Of a DNA stretch of 64,000 nt, positions 8,986-18,058 are shown in pieces (within the stretch, counting starts at the first letter, position 1; each line of letters begins with the position of its first letter). The notes under the pieces are model-generated. The model worked only from the letters and a program-made list of their open reading frames with translations, had not been told where the DNA came from and did no database searches. The DNA is from a virus. The DNA lies in IMG/VR virus record IMGVR_UViG_3300034025_000120, positions 1 to 64,000 of that record. One strand, given 5' to 3'. Position numbers and translations under genes: made by a program.

Positions 8986-9351
8986 ATGAAAATTGGCGCA
9001 TGGTTGATCCAAGGTTTGTCAGGCTACCTGGGTGAACTTGAACCACAACTGAGCCGCATTCTGACGCAATACCACATCGATCGCACTACGTTTGTCTTAT
9101 GGTTGGTTCGTCGTGAATTGCTGGAGGTGTATAATCTGTACGAGAACCGTGCAGTTTGCTGGCCATCCACACATCTGAACGCGTACGAAGACTTAAGCAA
9201 CGCAGTGCCGTTTAACATCCAGTCTTGTTTCATGCACTATTTCAAAGCACCCCGCCTCTACGACACAGCAGAGATCGAAGTTCACTTACGATCCGATACC
9301 GTAGTGTGCATTGGGTACCACACTAACTTAAAGAATTTTCATCAAACATAA
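8986..9351 (+). CDS. hypothetical protein
   Basis: ORF 8944-9351. The ATG at 8986 follows GAAGGAAAAAC. Confidence 0.55.
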   Translation: MKIGAWLIQGLSGYLGELEPQLSRILTQYHIDRTTFVLWLVRRELLEVYNLYENRAVCWPSTHLNAYEDLSNAVPFNIQSCFMHYFKAPRLYDTAEIEVHLRSDTVVCIGYHTNLKNFHQT

Positions 9352-10073
9352 TGGCCGATACCTATCCCATCAAGAAGATTCACATTATCGATATCCTGCC
9401 TTCCGCGGCGATGTTCGACGATTGTTTTTCCAAGCAGTTACAGACGCCGCCGGTGGGTATATACGTGCGCAATGAAATCAAACCACGCATGGTACCTTTT
9501 CAGCACTACCGCCAAACGATTCTGTCGGATTCCCCCTCCGGCGGCACTGCCAAAGCAGAAGTACCGCTGACCCACATGGACCTCGAACTCATTGAGACCG
9601 CTGTGTTTAACGAAGTAGGCGAATGTGTGATCCCAGCGCGTCAAATTTCAATGCTGACCACACTACCGAATCTTCCTGTCGTCGCGATCAACATGATTTG
9701 CGAATTAATGCAAAATCGACTTACACAGTTGCAGTCGTGGCCAACCTATGGTGGACATGCGATGCTGCGCCAAGTAAAACGGGACTACGACATCATCGCC
9801 AAGTACCTGAACACCGGAACGCTTGACCTCCTCCACCAGGAGTACGGGGATTTCGGTGACGACAGCAATCCAGTGATCACGATCGATCTGTTCGAAGATA
9901 TGCTGGCCAAAATCTCCGGATTGTTCCAGAAAATGGCATCGTTCGTCAATGGCGAGACTTGGACCGTGCACTTCATGGACTTCATCGAACCCATGGCGAT
10001 CAAGATTTCAAAAAGCATCGATTACCGGATTGCTGACTGGCATATTCGCAACGGTTTGGAAATCGATTACTAA
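9351..10073 (+). CDS. hypothetical protein
   Basis: 240-aa ORF. Its start overlaps the upstream stop (TAATG). Confidence 0.6.
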   Translation: MADTYPIKKIHIIDILPSAAMFDDCFSKQLQTPPVGIYVRNEIKPRMVPFQHYRQTILSDSPSGGTAKAEVPLTHMDLELIETAVFNEVGECVIPARQISMLTTLPNLPVVAINMICELMQNRLTQLQSWPTYGGHAMLRQVKRDYDIIAKYLNTGTLDLLHQEYGDFGDDSNPVITIDLFEDMLAKISGLFQKMASFVNGETWTVHFMDFIEPMAIKISKSIDYRIADWHIRNGLEIDY

Positions 10074-10082
10074 GGAACCATC

Positions 10083-10538
10083 ATGAAGAAACAGCGGGCC
10101 GTGCTGTTGGACTTAACCGGTCCGGTGGCAGTATTGGTGCAAGAGTTCTATGAATGGGCGGTGACAGTGGCCAAACATCCCGACTGGGTCTCACCACCCG
10201 CAGTCATGATGAAGGCAGAAATGTTCGTGCCCTTTATAGAGGCCATGCTCTACGAAATCTTCAAAGAGTACCACCATTCCTTGGTCCCGATTGAATCAGA
10301 AGCCAGCAAGTTCTTGCGTGAACTTGGGGTGCCAGAAGAATTGGCCTTGCACTTAAAGTGTGAGTTCTTAAATAGCGTAATTGCCATTATCTACCGCACC
10401 CTCCCCGACATTTACTTTGCTGAAGTGGAGCGCTGTGATTACGCGATTACCAGTAACAACACTTTATTGATCCACATCAATGAAGAGGCGAACGCCCCCA
10501 TGCACTTGGTGGCGACTGCCCCGCCTTCTCGCTACTAA
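10083..10538 (+). CDS. hypothetical protein, member 1 of a tandem paralog family
   Basis: 151-aa ORF. The N-terminal pattern AVLLDLTGPVAVLVQEFYEWA recurs in the downstream genes. Confidence 0.6.
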   Translation: MKKQRAVLLDLTGPVAVLVQEFYEWAVTVAKHPDWVSPPAVMMKAEMFVPFIEAMLYEIFKEYHHSLVPIESEASKFLRELGVPEELALHLKCEFLNSVIAIIYRTLPDIYFAEVERCDYAITSNNTLLIHINEEANAPMHLVATAPPSRY

Positions 10539-10580
10539 CACCCTTACCGCAGCGAAAGTTGCGGTAAGTAGGAGGTTTCC

Positions 10581-11018
10581 ATGAAAAATGCTTTTATTCT
10601 GGATTGTGATCATGAAGTAAAAAAGTTCATTATCGACACCATCGACATTGATTTGCCACCCATTAATGTGGAGGTGATTCTTGAAGACATCGTCGAGATT
10701 TTAAACCAAGAAGACTTGAACGGCCAGCGGTCAAGTCGTTTCGTGTACTGGGCAACTGCCAAGTATATTGGTGAGTCAGATGTCTCTATTCAGTATGACA
10801 ATGAAGCAGAAATGCGTCTTTACTCTGCCATGCTGAAATTGACCGGCGCAATTAGAAATAAACTACGCCACCACCATGCCTATGTTGACGGGCAGTTCCC
10901 ATTCACTTTTACGAGACTTATTCAAAATGGCACCTTTTACCTCACCCGGAAACGAGACGCAGCCAACGCCAACGCACATCATCCTCGACACACGGAAGGT
11001 GGTATTGGAACTGCGTGA
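10581..11018 (+). CDS. hypothetical protein, paralog family member 2
   Basis: 145-aa ORF with TAGGAGG RBS. N-terminus reads AFILDCDHEVKKFIIDTID. Confidence 0.55.
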   Translation: MKNAFILDCDHEVKKFIIDTIDIDLPPINVEVILEDIVEILNQEDLNGQRSSRFVYWATAKYIGESDVSIQYDNEAEMRLYSAMLKLTGAIRNKLRHHHAYVDGQFPFTFTRLIQNGTFYLTRKRDAANANAHHPRHTEGGIGTA

Positions 11019-11400
11019 ATCGATGATGTCTTTCTATGAAGGCGAAAACGACTCGACCCGAATCGTCAACGGCTTTTGGCGTGATGACATGGACAAGATT
11101 CTTCCTGAAATTATTCAAATTATCGCCTTTAAAAACGATGCAGAACTCTCGCTCCAGTACGAAAGTATGCAGATGGTCCAAGAAGCCATGGGCGAGCGCG
11201 ATGTGAGCCAAGTGGTGGAGTACACCCGCTTCTTGGTCAACCTCGGCATGCACTTGGTGACCATCTTGCAACGCATCGGCGCTTACCAAAACAACCGTTT
11301 GATGTATGTGTACAAGTGCATGTTTAACGAAAACATCGTGTTGGAGCATTTCCTGTTTGTGGGGAAAGGGAAAGATTATGACCCGCCAATTCCCACCTAA
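10927..11400 (+). CDS. hypothetical protein, paralog family member 3 (start uncertain)
   Basis: ORF 10876-11400. The ATG at 10927 retains the family N-terminal block HIILDTRKVVLELRESMMSFYE but overlaps the upstream gene by 92 nt. An alternative ATG is at 11023. Confidence 0.45.
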   Translation: MAPFTSPGNETQPTPTHIILDTRKVVLELRESMMSFYEGENDSTRIVNGFWRDDMDKILPEIIQIIAFKNDAELSLQYESMQMVQEAMGERDVSQVVEYTRFLVNLGMHLVTILQRIGAYQNNRLMYVYKCMFNENIVLEHFLFVGKGKDYDPPIPT

Positions 11401-11764
11401 TGTCATCGTCGAGATGCCGCAGTACTACGCAATCTTCGAACAGTATTTCCAAAAAGACTTGCCAGTGCGGGAAGACTTTGACGAATTGATCCGTCAAATC
11501 GTGTATGGTCTCATGAACTATCCATTTCAACATGTGATGGACCATATTGGTGCTACCTTGCCGGAGACCCATCTTATGCGAGACCAGCGCTGGACTGTTG
11601 ATTCAGCCAGTCTCAACAAACTAAGTTTGGTGGCCGGTGAAATCACTGCCAAGTTGTACGGCTTTTTTATTAAGGCTGACTTGGTGGACGACGACGGCAC
11701 TCTTCCCTATACCCCCCGCAATATCCACAAAGACATCATGCTCTTGAATTTTGTCAACGGATAG
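11378..11764 (+). CDS. hypothetical protein, paralog family member 4
   Basis: ATG at 11378 follows GGGGAAAGGGAAAG. The C-terminal block DIMLLNFVNG resembles the paralogs. Confidence 0.55.
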   Translation: MTRQFPPNVIVEMPQYYAIFEQYFQKDLPVREDFDELIRQIVYGLMNYPFQHVMDHIGATLPETHLMRDQRWTVDSASLNKLSLVAGEITAKLYGFFIKADLVDDDGTLPYTPRNIHKDIMLLNFVNG

Positions 11765-11792
11765 GATCAATACTTTCTTTTAGGAAACCATA

Positions 11793-12194
11793 ATGACTTT
11801 CGATACCAATAGCGTTTACTCGTTCGATTTGCATGCCCCTGGTATCTTGGGGTCGAGCTACAAAAACGTTACCTGCACAATCGGCTCGATGAGTGAACGC
11901 GCTGCCATTCGCGCCGACTGCAAGACGCGTGAAATCCATGCGCAGGTATTTAACCAGCTGCCGATCGGAACGCCAAATGACGCCGGCGCTTACACCTACG
12001 CTGAATTCCAAACGATGACCGGTGAAACGGTGGTCTTGGGTCTCCCGTGGATCAAGGAAGACAGCGTCCAAAAAATCCTGTCGCAGAACTACAATGTGAA
12101 AGTGGCCGGCATCAGTTCATCGGACTTGCCGCGTCTGCGCAATGCATTGCTGACGAGCGACTTCAAGAACTTCGAAATCACACTCGCGGAATAA
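11793..12194 (+). CDS. hypothetical protein
   Basis: 133-aa ORF with TAGGAAACC upstream. Confidence 0.6.
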   Translation: MTFDTNSVYSFDLHAPGILGSSYKNVTCTIGSMSERAAIRADCKTREIHAQVFNQLPIGTPNDAGAYTYAEFQTMTGETVVLGLPWIKEDSVQKILSQNYNVKVAGISSSDLPRLRNALLTSDFKNFEITLAE

Positions 12195-12259
12195 CCAAGT
12201 TTTTTTACTAGGTAAATCCATAGTGTGCGTAGTAAGAGGGGTTAGGTCGATCCCGCTTG

Positions 12260-12316
12260 CTCGTTCCTTGGTACCAGCGTAGTTCTCTCCCACGTCAAGG
12301 AACGAGAAACCTTTTC
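12260..12316 (+). terminator. hairpin plus short T-tract
   Basis: CTCGTTCCTTG / CAAGGAACGAG 11-bp stem followed by AAACCTTTTCC. Confidence 0.45.
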
Positions 12317-12492
12317 CGCATGAAGGCGACCAGCAAACACCGCCAATACCCGATCCATCTATCATTCCTTCTTCATGGGTGGATTCTAGCGATGGACCGT
12401 TGCGCTTGCGCTCTGCCAGTTTTCCCCTCTTTCTTGGTGGATTGATGCGTGCAGCGATTCACGGGTGGTGTGGTTTGTGAGTGATGCGTTTA

Positions 12493-12538
12493 AAGGACGG
12501 GGCCTTCGGGTCTCGTCCTTCTTTTTTCTTTTATGCCG
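12493..12538 (+). terminator. terminator with TTTATGCCG 3' flank
   Basis: AAGGACG...CGTCCTT stem around GGCCTTCGGGTC, followed by CTTTTTTCTTTTATGCCG. Confidence 0.65.
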
Positions 12539-12607
12539 TCAACTCTTTTTCTTTTAGAAAAATATCGACTCCCGACATGTTGTGATACCATTACGGAGTG
12601 CACCACC

Positions 12608-14782
12608 ATGAATGCATTAGCTGCCAATCCCTTTGTCCTGGCACCAGACGCCTACCAACGCGACATTGACCCGATGGGTCATTACAAAGATGATGCTGCG
12701 TTCTATTTGTCCGTGATGACGGACCGAACCCGCAGCAAAGCGTATTGCCTCAGTTACATCGAACGCCAAATGGCACCGGGTGGCAAGTTTGAATTCAAAG
12801 ACCCCTCGGCCATGTTCTTGCACCGCAAACCCAATGGTGACCGTGTCAAACGCGCCATGCCATTCTTGGGTTACCTGAACGAAGCGATCAAGAACCAAGA
12901 GTTAATTGCTGCCACTTTCACGACGTACATCCACCCCTCGAAGAAACAATCGCTGTTGGTGGACTACATCGACGATAACGTGGCGATGCGTAGTAAAGCC
13001 AAGAAGGCCATGTTTGCCGCGAAGGCAGCCGGGAACAAGGCCCTGGCCCTGCTCAAGAAGATCGAGCAGAATAGCCGCAAGATTCGTAACAATGCAATTT
13101 CGGGGTCGCACGTCACACCATCGACCCCCATGTACAACCCGACCGGCCATAGTACCCTGACCTCGACTTGCCGCGTGACGTCAGGTTACGGTAACGTCAA
13201 CAACGAAAAGTTCGTCGCTGGTAACCGCCATTATTGGTCGCCCCAAGTGGCACTCAATAACATCGTCTCGATTGTCAACCATAGCGACTACCAGAAGATT
13301 CGCCAAGTCATCGAGAAGTACGACATCGCTTACCCATCGGTGCAAGACACGATGGATTGCATCACATATTCGAGCAATCTCTACTGGCCACATGCTGTTG
13401 CCGCTGTGGCGCGTATTCGGATATTGGTGGAAAAGCTTACACCGCTCGAACGGGCTGCTTTTGTGTACACCGGTGACATGTACCACCTGATGAAACACAA
13501 CCAAGTCTTGGTACGCACTTTCTTGGATAAGCTGTCGCTGCGGGCAGCAGAACCACACCCTGATCCAGAAAACGTCATCAAGCAAGTACGTGGTGACTAT
13601 TTGAATCTGGCGGGCTCGATATGCGCAGACATCATCATGGCTGTTGATCCCGGTGAAAACCAAGAGCCGCCGTATCACAATTTAAAGGGCAGCGCCGTTT
13701 ACGGGATCATTGCTGCCACTGCTGAGAACGTCGCAAATGTCCTAACCGAGTATTCTGACCTAATCGATGCTCTTTGGGTCACCACCAACATGCCAGCCTC
13801 GCTGGCCAGGCTGCCCGACAGTATTCGCCGCGTGGCGTTGGTGTCCGATACTGACTCGACCATCTTCACCGTGCAAGACTGGGTGATGTGGCACCAAGGT
13901 CGGCCTGGCTTTGATCCCCAGTGTAAGGCCATCGGTTCCTCGATGATCTTCTTGGCTTCGCAGACCGTTACGCACCTGTTGGCGCGGATGTCGGCAAACT
14001 TCGGGATCGAGCAAAAGCGCTTGTTCCAGATCGCCATGAAGAATGAGTACTACTTCGACGTATTCGTCCCGACCCAAGTGGCGAAGCACTACTACGCCGT
14101 CAAGTCGATCCAAGAAGGTCAAATCTTTGCCAAGCTGGAAGAAGAGATCAAAGGCGTGCACTTGAAATCCTCAAACGTGTCGAAAGAGGTAATCAAGGAA
14201 GCAGCGGTCATGATGCGCGACATCATGGACACGGTGATGATGGAAAAGCAGATTAACCTCTTGGACTATGTCAAGCGTGTGGCCGATATCGAACGGCGGG
14301 TGATTGCCACCATCAAACGTGGCGATGAAGATTACTTCAAGCAGACGCAGATCAAGAACGCGGAATCCTACACCATGGAAAAGGAAGATTCCCCGTTCAA
14401 ACACCACACCTTCTGGCAAGAAGTATTTGCTCCTAAGTACGGTTATGCCGAAGCGCCGCCGTATGGTGTGTTGAAGATTTCGGTCGACCTGTCGTCCGCC
14501 ACCAAAGTGCGTCAATGGATCGATGGCTTTAAAGACCGGGAATTGGCAGCGCGCATGGAAAAGTACATTGAAAAGACTGGCAAGATGAAGTCGATCAGTA
14601 CCTTCCAGCTACCGCAACCCGTCATTGCCCAGTCCGGTATTCCAGAAGAAATCTTTGAGATGATCAATTACCGTCGGATTGTCATGGACACAGTCAAGGT
14701 GTGTTACATTGTTTTACAAACCCTCGGCTGGTTTCATTCAGGTGAAGACAAGCTGACACGTCTGGTGAGCGACGACCATTAA
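12608..14782 (+). CDS. family-B DNA polymerase, polymerase (palm/thumb) polypeptide
   Basis: Motif C is VALVSDTDSTIF (DTDS). A motif-B-like KIRNNAISGSH is present. A KxY-like region reads KNEYYFDVF..AKHYYAVK. The ATG at 12608 follows GGAG. No exonuclease motifs are present. Confidence 0.8.
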   Translation: MNALAANPFVLAPDAYQRDIDPMGHYKDDAAFYLSVMTDRTRSKAYCLSYIERQMAPGGKFEFKDPSAMFLHRKPNGDRVKRAMPFLGYLNEAIKNQELIAATFTTYIHPSKKQSLLVDYIDDNVAMRSKAKKAMFAAKAAGNKALALLKKIEQNSRKIRNNAISGSHVTPSTPMYNPTGHSTLTSTCRVTSGYGNVNNEKFVAGNRHYWSPQVALNNIVSIVNHSDYQKIRQVIEKYDIAYPSVQDTMDCITYSSNLYWPHAVAAVARIRILVEKLTPLERAAFVYTGDMYHLMKHNQVLVRTFLDKLSLRAAEPHPDPENVIKQVRGDYLNLAGSICADIIMAVDPGENQEPPYHNLKGSAVYGIIAATAENVANVLTEYSDLIDALWVTTNMPASLARLPDSIRRVALVSDTDSTIFTVQDWVMWHQGRPGFDPQCKAIGSSMIFLASQTVTHLLARMSANFGIEQKRLFQIAMKNEYYFDVFVPTQVAKHYYAVKSIQEGQIFAKLEEEIKGVHLKSSNVSKEVIKEAAVMMRDIMDTVMMEKQINLLDYVKRVADIERRVIATIKRGDEDYFKQTQIKNAESYTMEKEDSPFKHHTFWQEVFAPKYGYAEAPPYGVLKISVDLSSATKVRQWIDGFKDRELAARMEKYIEKTGKMKSISTFQLPQPVIAQSGIPEEIFEMINYRRIVMDTVKVCYIVLQTLGWFHSGEDKLTRLVSDDH

Positions 14783-15168
14783 TAGGAGAGGCAGTGCTCA
14801 ATTTCAGCGAAAACCTAAAAGCCAGTTTATCGGTGGCGGCGTGTAAAGCAGACTTCATAGCGGCGGTTAAACAGGGCCTCGAAAGCGGCGAAGCAACGTT
14901 TTGGTGCCCTGTCTCCTTTCCACCGCCTCGTGTAAAGTTCCGCTCGCCACAAAAACACCATTCACCCCGTAAGCGATAATTACCATGCGACCCACCAGCG
15001 AAGAACATATCAAGAAAGACAAAGCCAAGCCCAACAACAAACCCACAATTCCAGAACACCGCGAGTTACCGCGCTGGAAAATGGCGTGTCATGTTGAACC
15101 GGGTTATACCGAAAACTACGGCGCCATCCGGAAGCGGGATGATTATGCTGGTCCAGACGGAGCCTGAC

Positions 15169-15393
15169 ATGAAAACCACTACCGTTGAACCAAAAAGTAA
15201 GTGGTTTTCGTGGAGTAGCATTAAGATTAAGAAGCTGGTTTTCTTCGACATCGTAATGATGCTGGCAGTGGGTTACTACATCGTTAAAGGGTTGAATGCT
15301 TCCGCCCTTGTGACGCTCGGCCTAATCGCGGTGACTAAGTTATCGGTCATCGCCCATGAACTCATGGAAATCAATACCAAGATAAAGGACTAA
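15169..15393 (+). CDS. small membrane protein (two predicted TM helices)
   Basis: ORF 15091-15393. The ATG at 15169 follows ACGGAG. Hydrophobic segments are LVFFDIVMMLAVGYYIV and ALVTLGLIAVTKLSVIA. Confidence 0.4.
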   Translation: MKTTTVEPKSKWFSWSSIKIKKLVFFDIVMMLAVGYYIVKGLNASALVTLGLIAVTKLSVIAHELMEINTKIKD

Positions 15394-15395
15394 GA

Positions 15396-15974
15396 ATGGA
15401 CCAGCAAAAAGAAAAGGAACCGGCCAGTGGTTTTGACTTCACTGGTTCGTTTAACCGCGCCCAGCCAACTGAACAGGGCGGCCCGATCTACCCGAAGTGG
15501 ACGGGTAACTTCCGTCGTTACAGTCCAGACAGCAGTACCCCGGAAGTGATCTCGCCCCAGGTACTTGCGGGTTTACGCGGTGTGAATGACGCCGACATTC
15601 CACCGCCCAGAACAAAAGGCCCAGACTGGAATGGGTGGCAACTGGACCGCATCCGGGAGTACTCTCCACCTAAAACGATCGATGATCCCGCTATTCGTGC
15701 CATGGCCGGTGAATACATGTACCACCGGATCAAGATGCAACACGAGCGCAGTAGGCTTACTGTCAACCCATCGTGGGTCCGCGTGACGAAACTCATCCTT
15801 GAAAAAGGACCAATGCGTTTCGACGACCTCGATATCAAGGACAAGGTTGTGGTGCCTTATCTGTACCAATTTGACTTGGTGGCATTTATCTATACCAAGG
15901 AAGATCAGAGTGGTCGGTTGTTGGCGTGTACCTCGTATGGGTTATCTGTATGTAAGGCATACGAGAATACCTAA
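15396..15974 (+). CDS. hypothetical protein
   Basis: 192-aa ORF with AAGGAC upstream. Confidence 0.6.
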   Translation: MDQQKEKEPASGFDFTGSFNRAQPTEQGGPIYPKWTGNFRRYSPDSSTPEVISPQVLAGLRGVNDADIPPPRTKGPDWNGWQLDRIREYSPPKTIDDPAIRAMAGEYMYHRIKMQHERSRLTVNPSWVRVTKLILEKGPMRFDDLDIKDKVVVPYLYQFDLVAFIYTKEDQSGRLLACTSYGLSVCKAYENT

Positions 15975-15999
15975 CCATTACCCGCCATAGAGGACTACC

Positions 16000-16191
16000 A
16001 TGCGTATTATCAGAGACAACGGCCAAGGTGTCGTTGACGTGAGTAAGATTGGTTTGACGTCACCGGCGTCGGCTGTCACCCGAATGAACGACGCCTTCGA
16101 TCCGCGCGTAAGCCCTGAGCAACGCCGAATATTGGTTGATAACCACCAGTTGTCGGAAGCGGCTGAACTGCGTGTACGTCGGGAAGGCTAA
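16000..16191 (+). CDS. hypothetical small protein
   Basis: 63-aa ORF with AGAGGAC RBS. Confidence 0.4.
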   Translation: MRIIRDNGQGVVDVSKIGLTSPASAVTRMNDAFDPRVSPEQRRILVDNHQLSEAAELRVRREG

Positions 16192-16193
16192 GC

Positions 16194-16328
16194 GTGAAAC
16201 CGACCACGGATACCCTGATGATCGCATCGGCCATGTTCTTTTGGCCTTACCTGATTTTCTTGAATGTCGGCATGACGATGTTGTCCCCAGTACCAACGGG
16301 ACCTGGACAGCGTGCAACGTATTTGTGA
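16194..16328 (+). CDS. possible small membrane protein (44 aa, GTG start)
   Basis: GGAAGG RBS then GTG. The hydrophobic core is MIASAMFFWPYLIFLNVGMTML. It falls below the ORF-track cutoff. Confidence 0.3.
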   Translation: MKPTTDTLMIASAMFFWPYLIFLNVGMTMLSPVPTGPGQRATYL

Positions 16329-16338
16329 AGGAGAATAA

Positions 16339-16602
16339 ATGGGTTTCGTATTTCCCGATCCAGACGATCGGTCAAAGAATTCCCCCGCAGTATTGATTCA
16401 GCCGGAAGAAATATTATCGGCGTACCTCCAAGCGTATCCCGACAATACTACTGCCACAGCAAAAGACGTTGCAGTCCATAACTGGTTTGCGAACAAAGCG
16501 ATCGACATGGGGTGGAAGATTTATTACCATGCGGGTAACCAAGCTATCTTGTCCATGACTGACAAAATGGGCACGGTCATGAAGAACCACCGGTCTTTGT
16601 GA
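16339..16602 (+). CDS. hypothetical small protein
   Basis: 87-aa ORF with GAAGGAG RBS. Confidence 0.55.
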   Translation: MGFVFPDPDDRSKNSPAVLIQPEEILSAYLQAYPDNTTATAKDVAVHNWFANKAIDMGWKIYYHAGNQAILSMTDKMGTVMKNHRSL

Positions 16603-16605
16603 ATT

Positions 16606-16658
16606 CGGCATAAAACGAGAGTCCGCGATGGAACTCTCGTTTTTTTCTTTTATGCCGC
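16606..16658. terminator. bidirectional terminator, full CGGCATAAA...TTTATGCCG palindrome
   Basis: CGGCATAAA, then ACGAGAGT/ACTCTCGT stem, then T7CTTTTATGCCG. It lies between convergent genes. Confidence 0.7.
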
Positions 16659-17849
16659 AGACACAATGCTCTTGTCGAAGATATCGCCCAATTCCAACTC
16701 CGCTTCAATATAGTCTTCAATCGGCAAGACTGTACTAAAGACATTGTCCAGTCGGTACGAGCTGATCGCCCGCCGGATGGCATTGACTTCCATTTGGTTC
16801 AAACTGTGTAACCGTTCTGCTGCGGATTTGAACAAGAACGCCACCGCATGCAGTCGTGCCAACACCAAGGCCCACGTCACTTGGCGGGTCGGCGCAATGT
16901 CGGGCATTTCCATGACGTTCGCCATGTTGGGTTTGATCGCTGCGGGAATCGTGTACAAAATGCCCAAGAAGTCTTGGCGTTTCTTGTGCAAGTATTCCAA
17001 GAGTTCCATGTGTACTTCAGTGACCCGCTTGCTATAATCGGGCAAGGCAAACGAGTGGGCTTGTTTACTTTCCCCAAGCGGTGCGCCTTTTTGCAGATTG
17101 TCAATCCGGTTAAAGAGCGCCACATCCAAATGGCTCGGCAGCATATTGGGAAGCACAAACATGCGCAAGAAATGGTACACCGACAAACGCGCACCCTGGG
17201 TCACGGCTTGTTCTTCATACCGACAAAATGCGCGGTACATGATGGCCAGCATCGGAATATTAATACTGAGTACAACTAATCCCGATTCACTTCCTGTATC
17301 GGTGCCATCAGGCAAATTCATCATCAGGTCTGACCGCGGGTGGCGCAAGACTTGGATCGGTTGCAAGTTCATCCAGTTACGGTCAGCTTCGTAGATGTCA
17401 AACATGTCATTGTGGGCAATATAGATTTCATGACAACCCGGCCCATAGAACAAACCCTTAAAAACCTTGCCAATAGAAACAGGTGATGTGAATTTTAACG
17501 CGCTTGCGGTATTGAATGTACCAGCATCGACGTTCTCGAAATAGCGGTCTAAACTAAGTGAATGTGGAACCGTAATCGCCCCTAGCAGGCGAATCAAAAT
17601 GTGCGACCCTTGCACAGCTTGGGGGTTTTTACGGTGGTAGCGCAAGATGACTTCAAGGTTACGCCTGAGTCCATCTCGCACATAGGGCCAGTGGGCGGAG
17701 CGCAACACACCGTATTCACTTGGTGGTTTGAGATTAAACAAAGTACGCATGGGGGATTGTCCAGTCGTTAGATGAGTACAGCACATACCATGGATCATCG
17801 AATTGCAGGAAGCGCGAGATAGACAGAAGAATATTTTTTTACTAGCCAT
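16650..17849 (-). CDS. hypothetical protein (start codon uncertain)
   Basis: 399-aa ORF. No clear RBS precedes the first ATG, and internal ATGs are possible. Confidence 0.55.
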   Translation of the reverse strand: MASKKIFFCLSRASCNSMIHGMCCTHLTTGQSPMRTLFNLKPPSEYGVLRSAHWPYVRDGLRRNLEVILRYHRKNPQAVQGSHILIRLLGAITVPHSLSLDRYFENVDAGTFNTASALKFTSPVSIGKVFKGLFYGPGCHEIYIAHNDMFDIYEADRNWMNLQPIQVLRHPRSDLMMNLPDGTDTGSESGLVVLSINIPMLAIMYRAFCRYEEQAVTQGARLSVYHFLRMFVLPNMLPSHLDVALFNRIDNLQKGAPLGESKQAHSFALPDYSKRVTEVHMELLEYLHKKRQDFLGILYTIPAAIKPNMANVMEMPDIAPTRQVTWALVLARLHAVAFLFKSAAERLHSLNQMEVNAIRRAISSYRLDNVFSTVLPIEDYIEAELELGDIFDKSIVSAA

Positions 17850-17964
17850 ACGCTATGGTATAGGAAACGACTTCATCGGTCGTTCTACCATCTCTGAGTT
17901 CACGCTTGGAGTGGTTACTCGCTATAGGGAGCTATGATTTGCCATGAATGAAACTTTTCATGGA

Positions 17965-17975
17965 CACATATAACC
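17965..17975 (+). promoter_or_regulatory. recurrent CACATATAACC motif (candidate phage promoter)
   Basis: About 85 nt upstream of the highly biased gene at 18059. Confidence 0.45.
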
Positions 17976-18058
17976 TACATGAGTCAGCGACAATAAAGTC
18001 GCCTGCTCTAACGTTTGTTTGCGCAAACATCATCGTTAATTAAAAAGAGGAAATAGAA

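Noticed and set aside
10545-10570. Hairpin CTTACCGCA/TGCGGTAAG between genes 10083 and 10581, considered as a terminator.
   Set aside because: It has no T-tract and its 3' arm abuts the TAGGAGG RBS. It is more likely an RNA-stability or translational-coupling element, with too little evidence to call.
14783-15168. ORFs 14794-14979 (GTG start) and 14985-15167 between the polymerase gene and the small membrane protein.
   Set aside because: The first has an AGGAGAGG box, but it lies only 3 nt from the GTG. The second has no RBS. Both translations are basic and low-complexity with no motif. I cannot support either as a gene, so the region is left uncalled.
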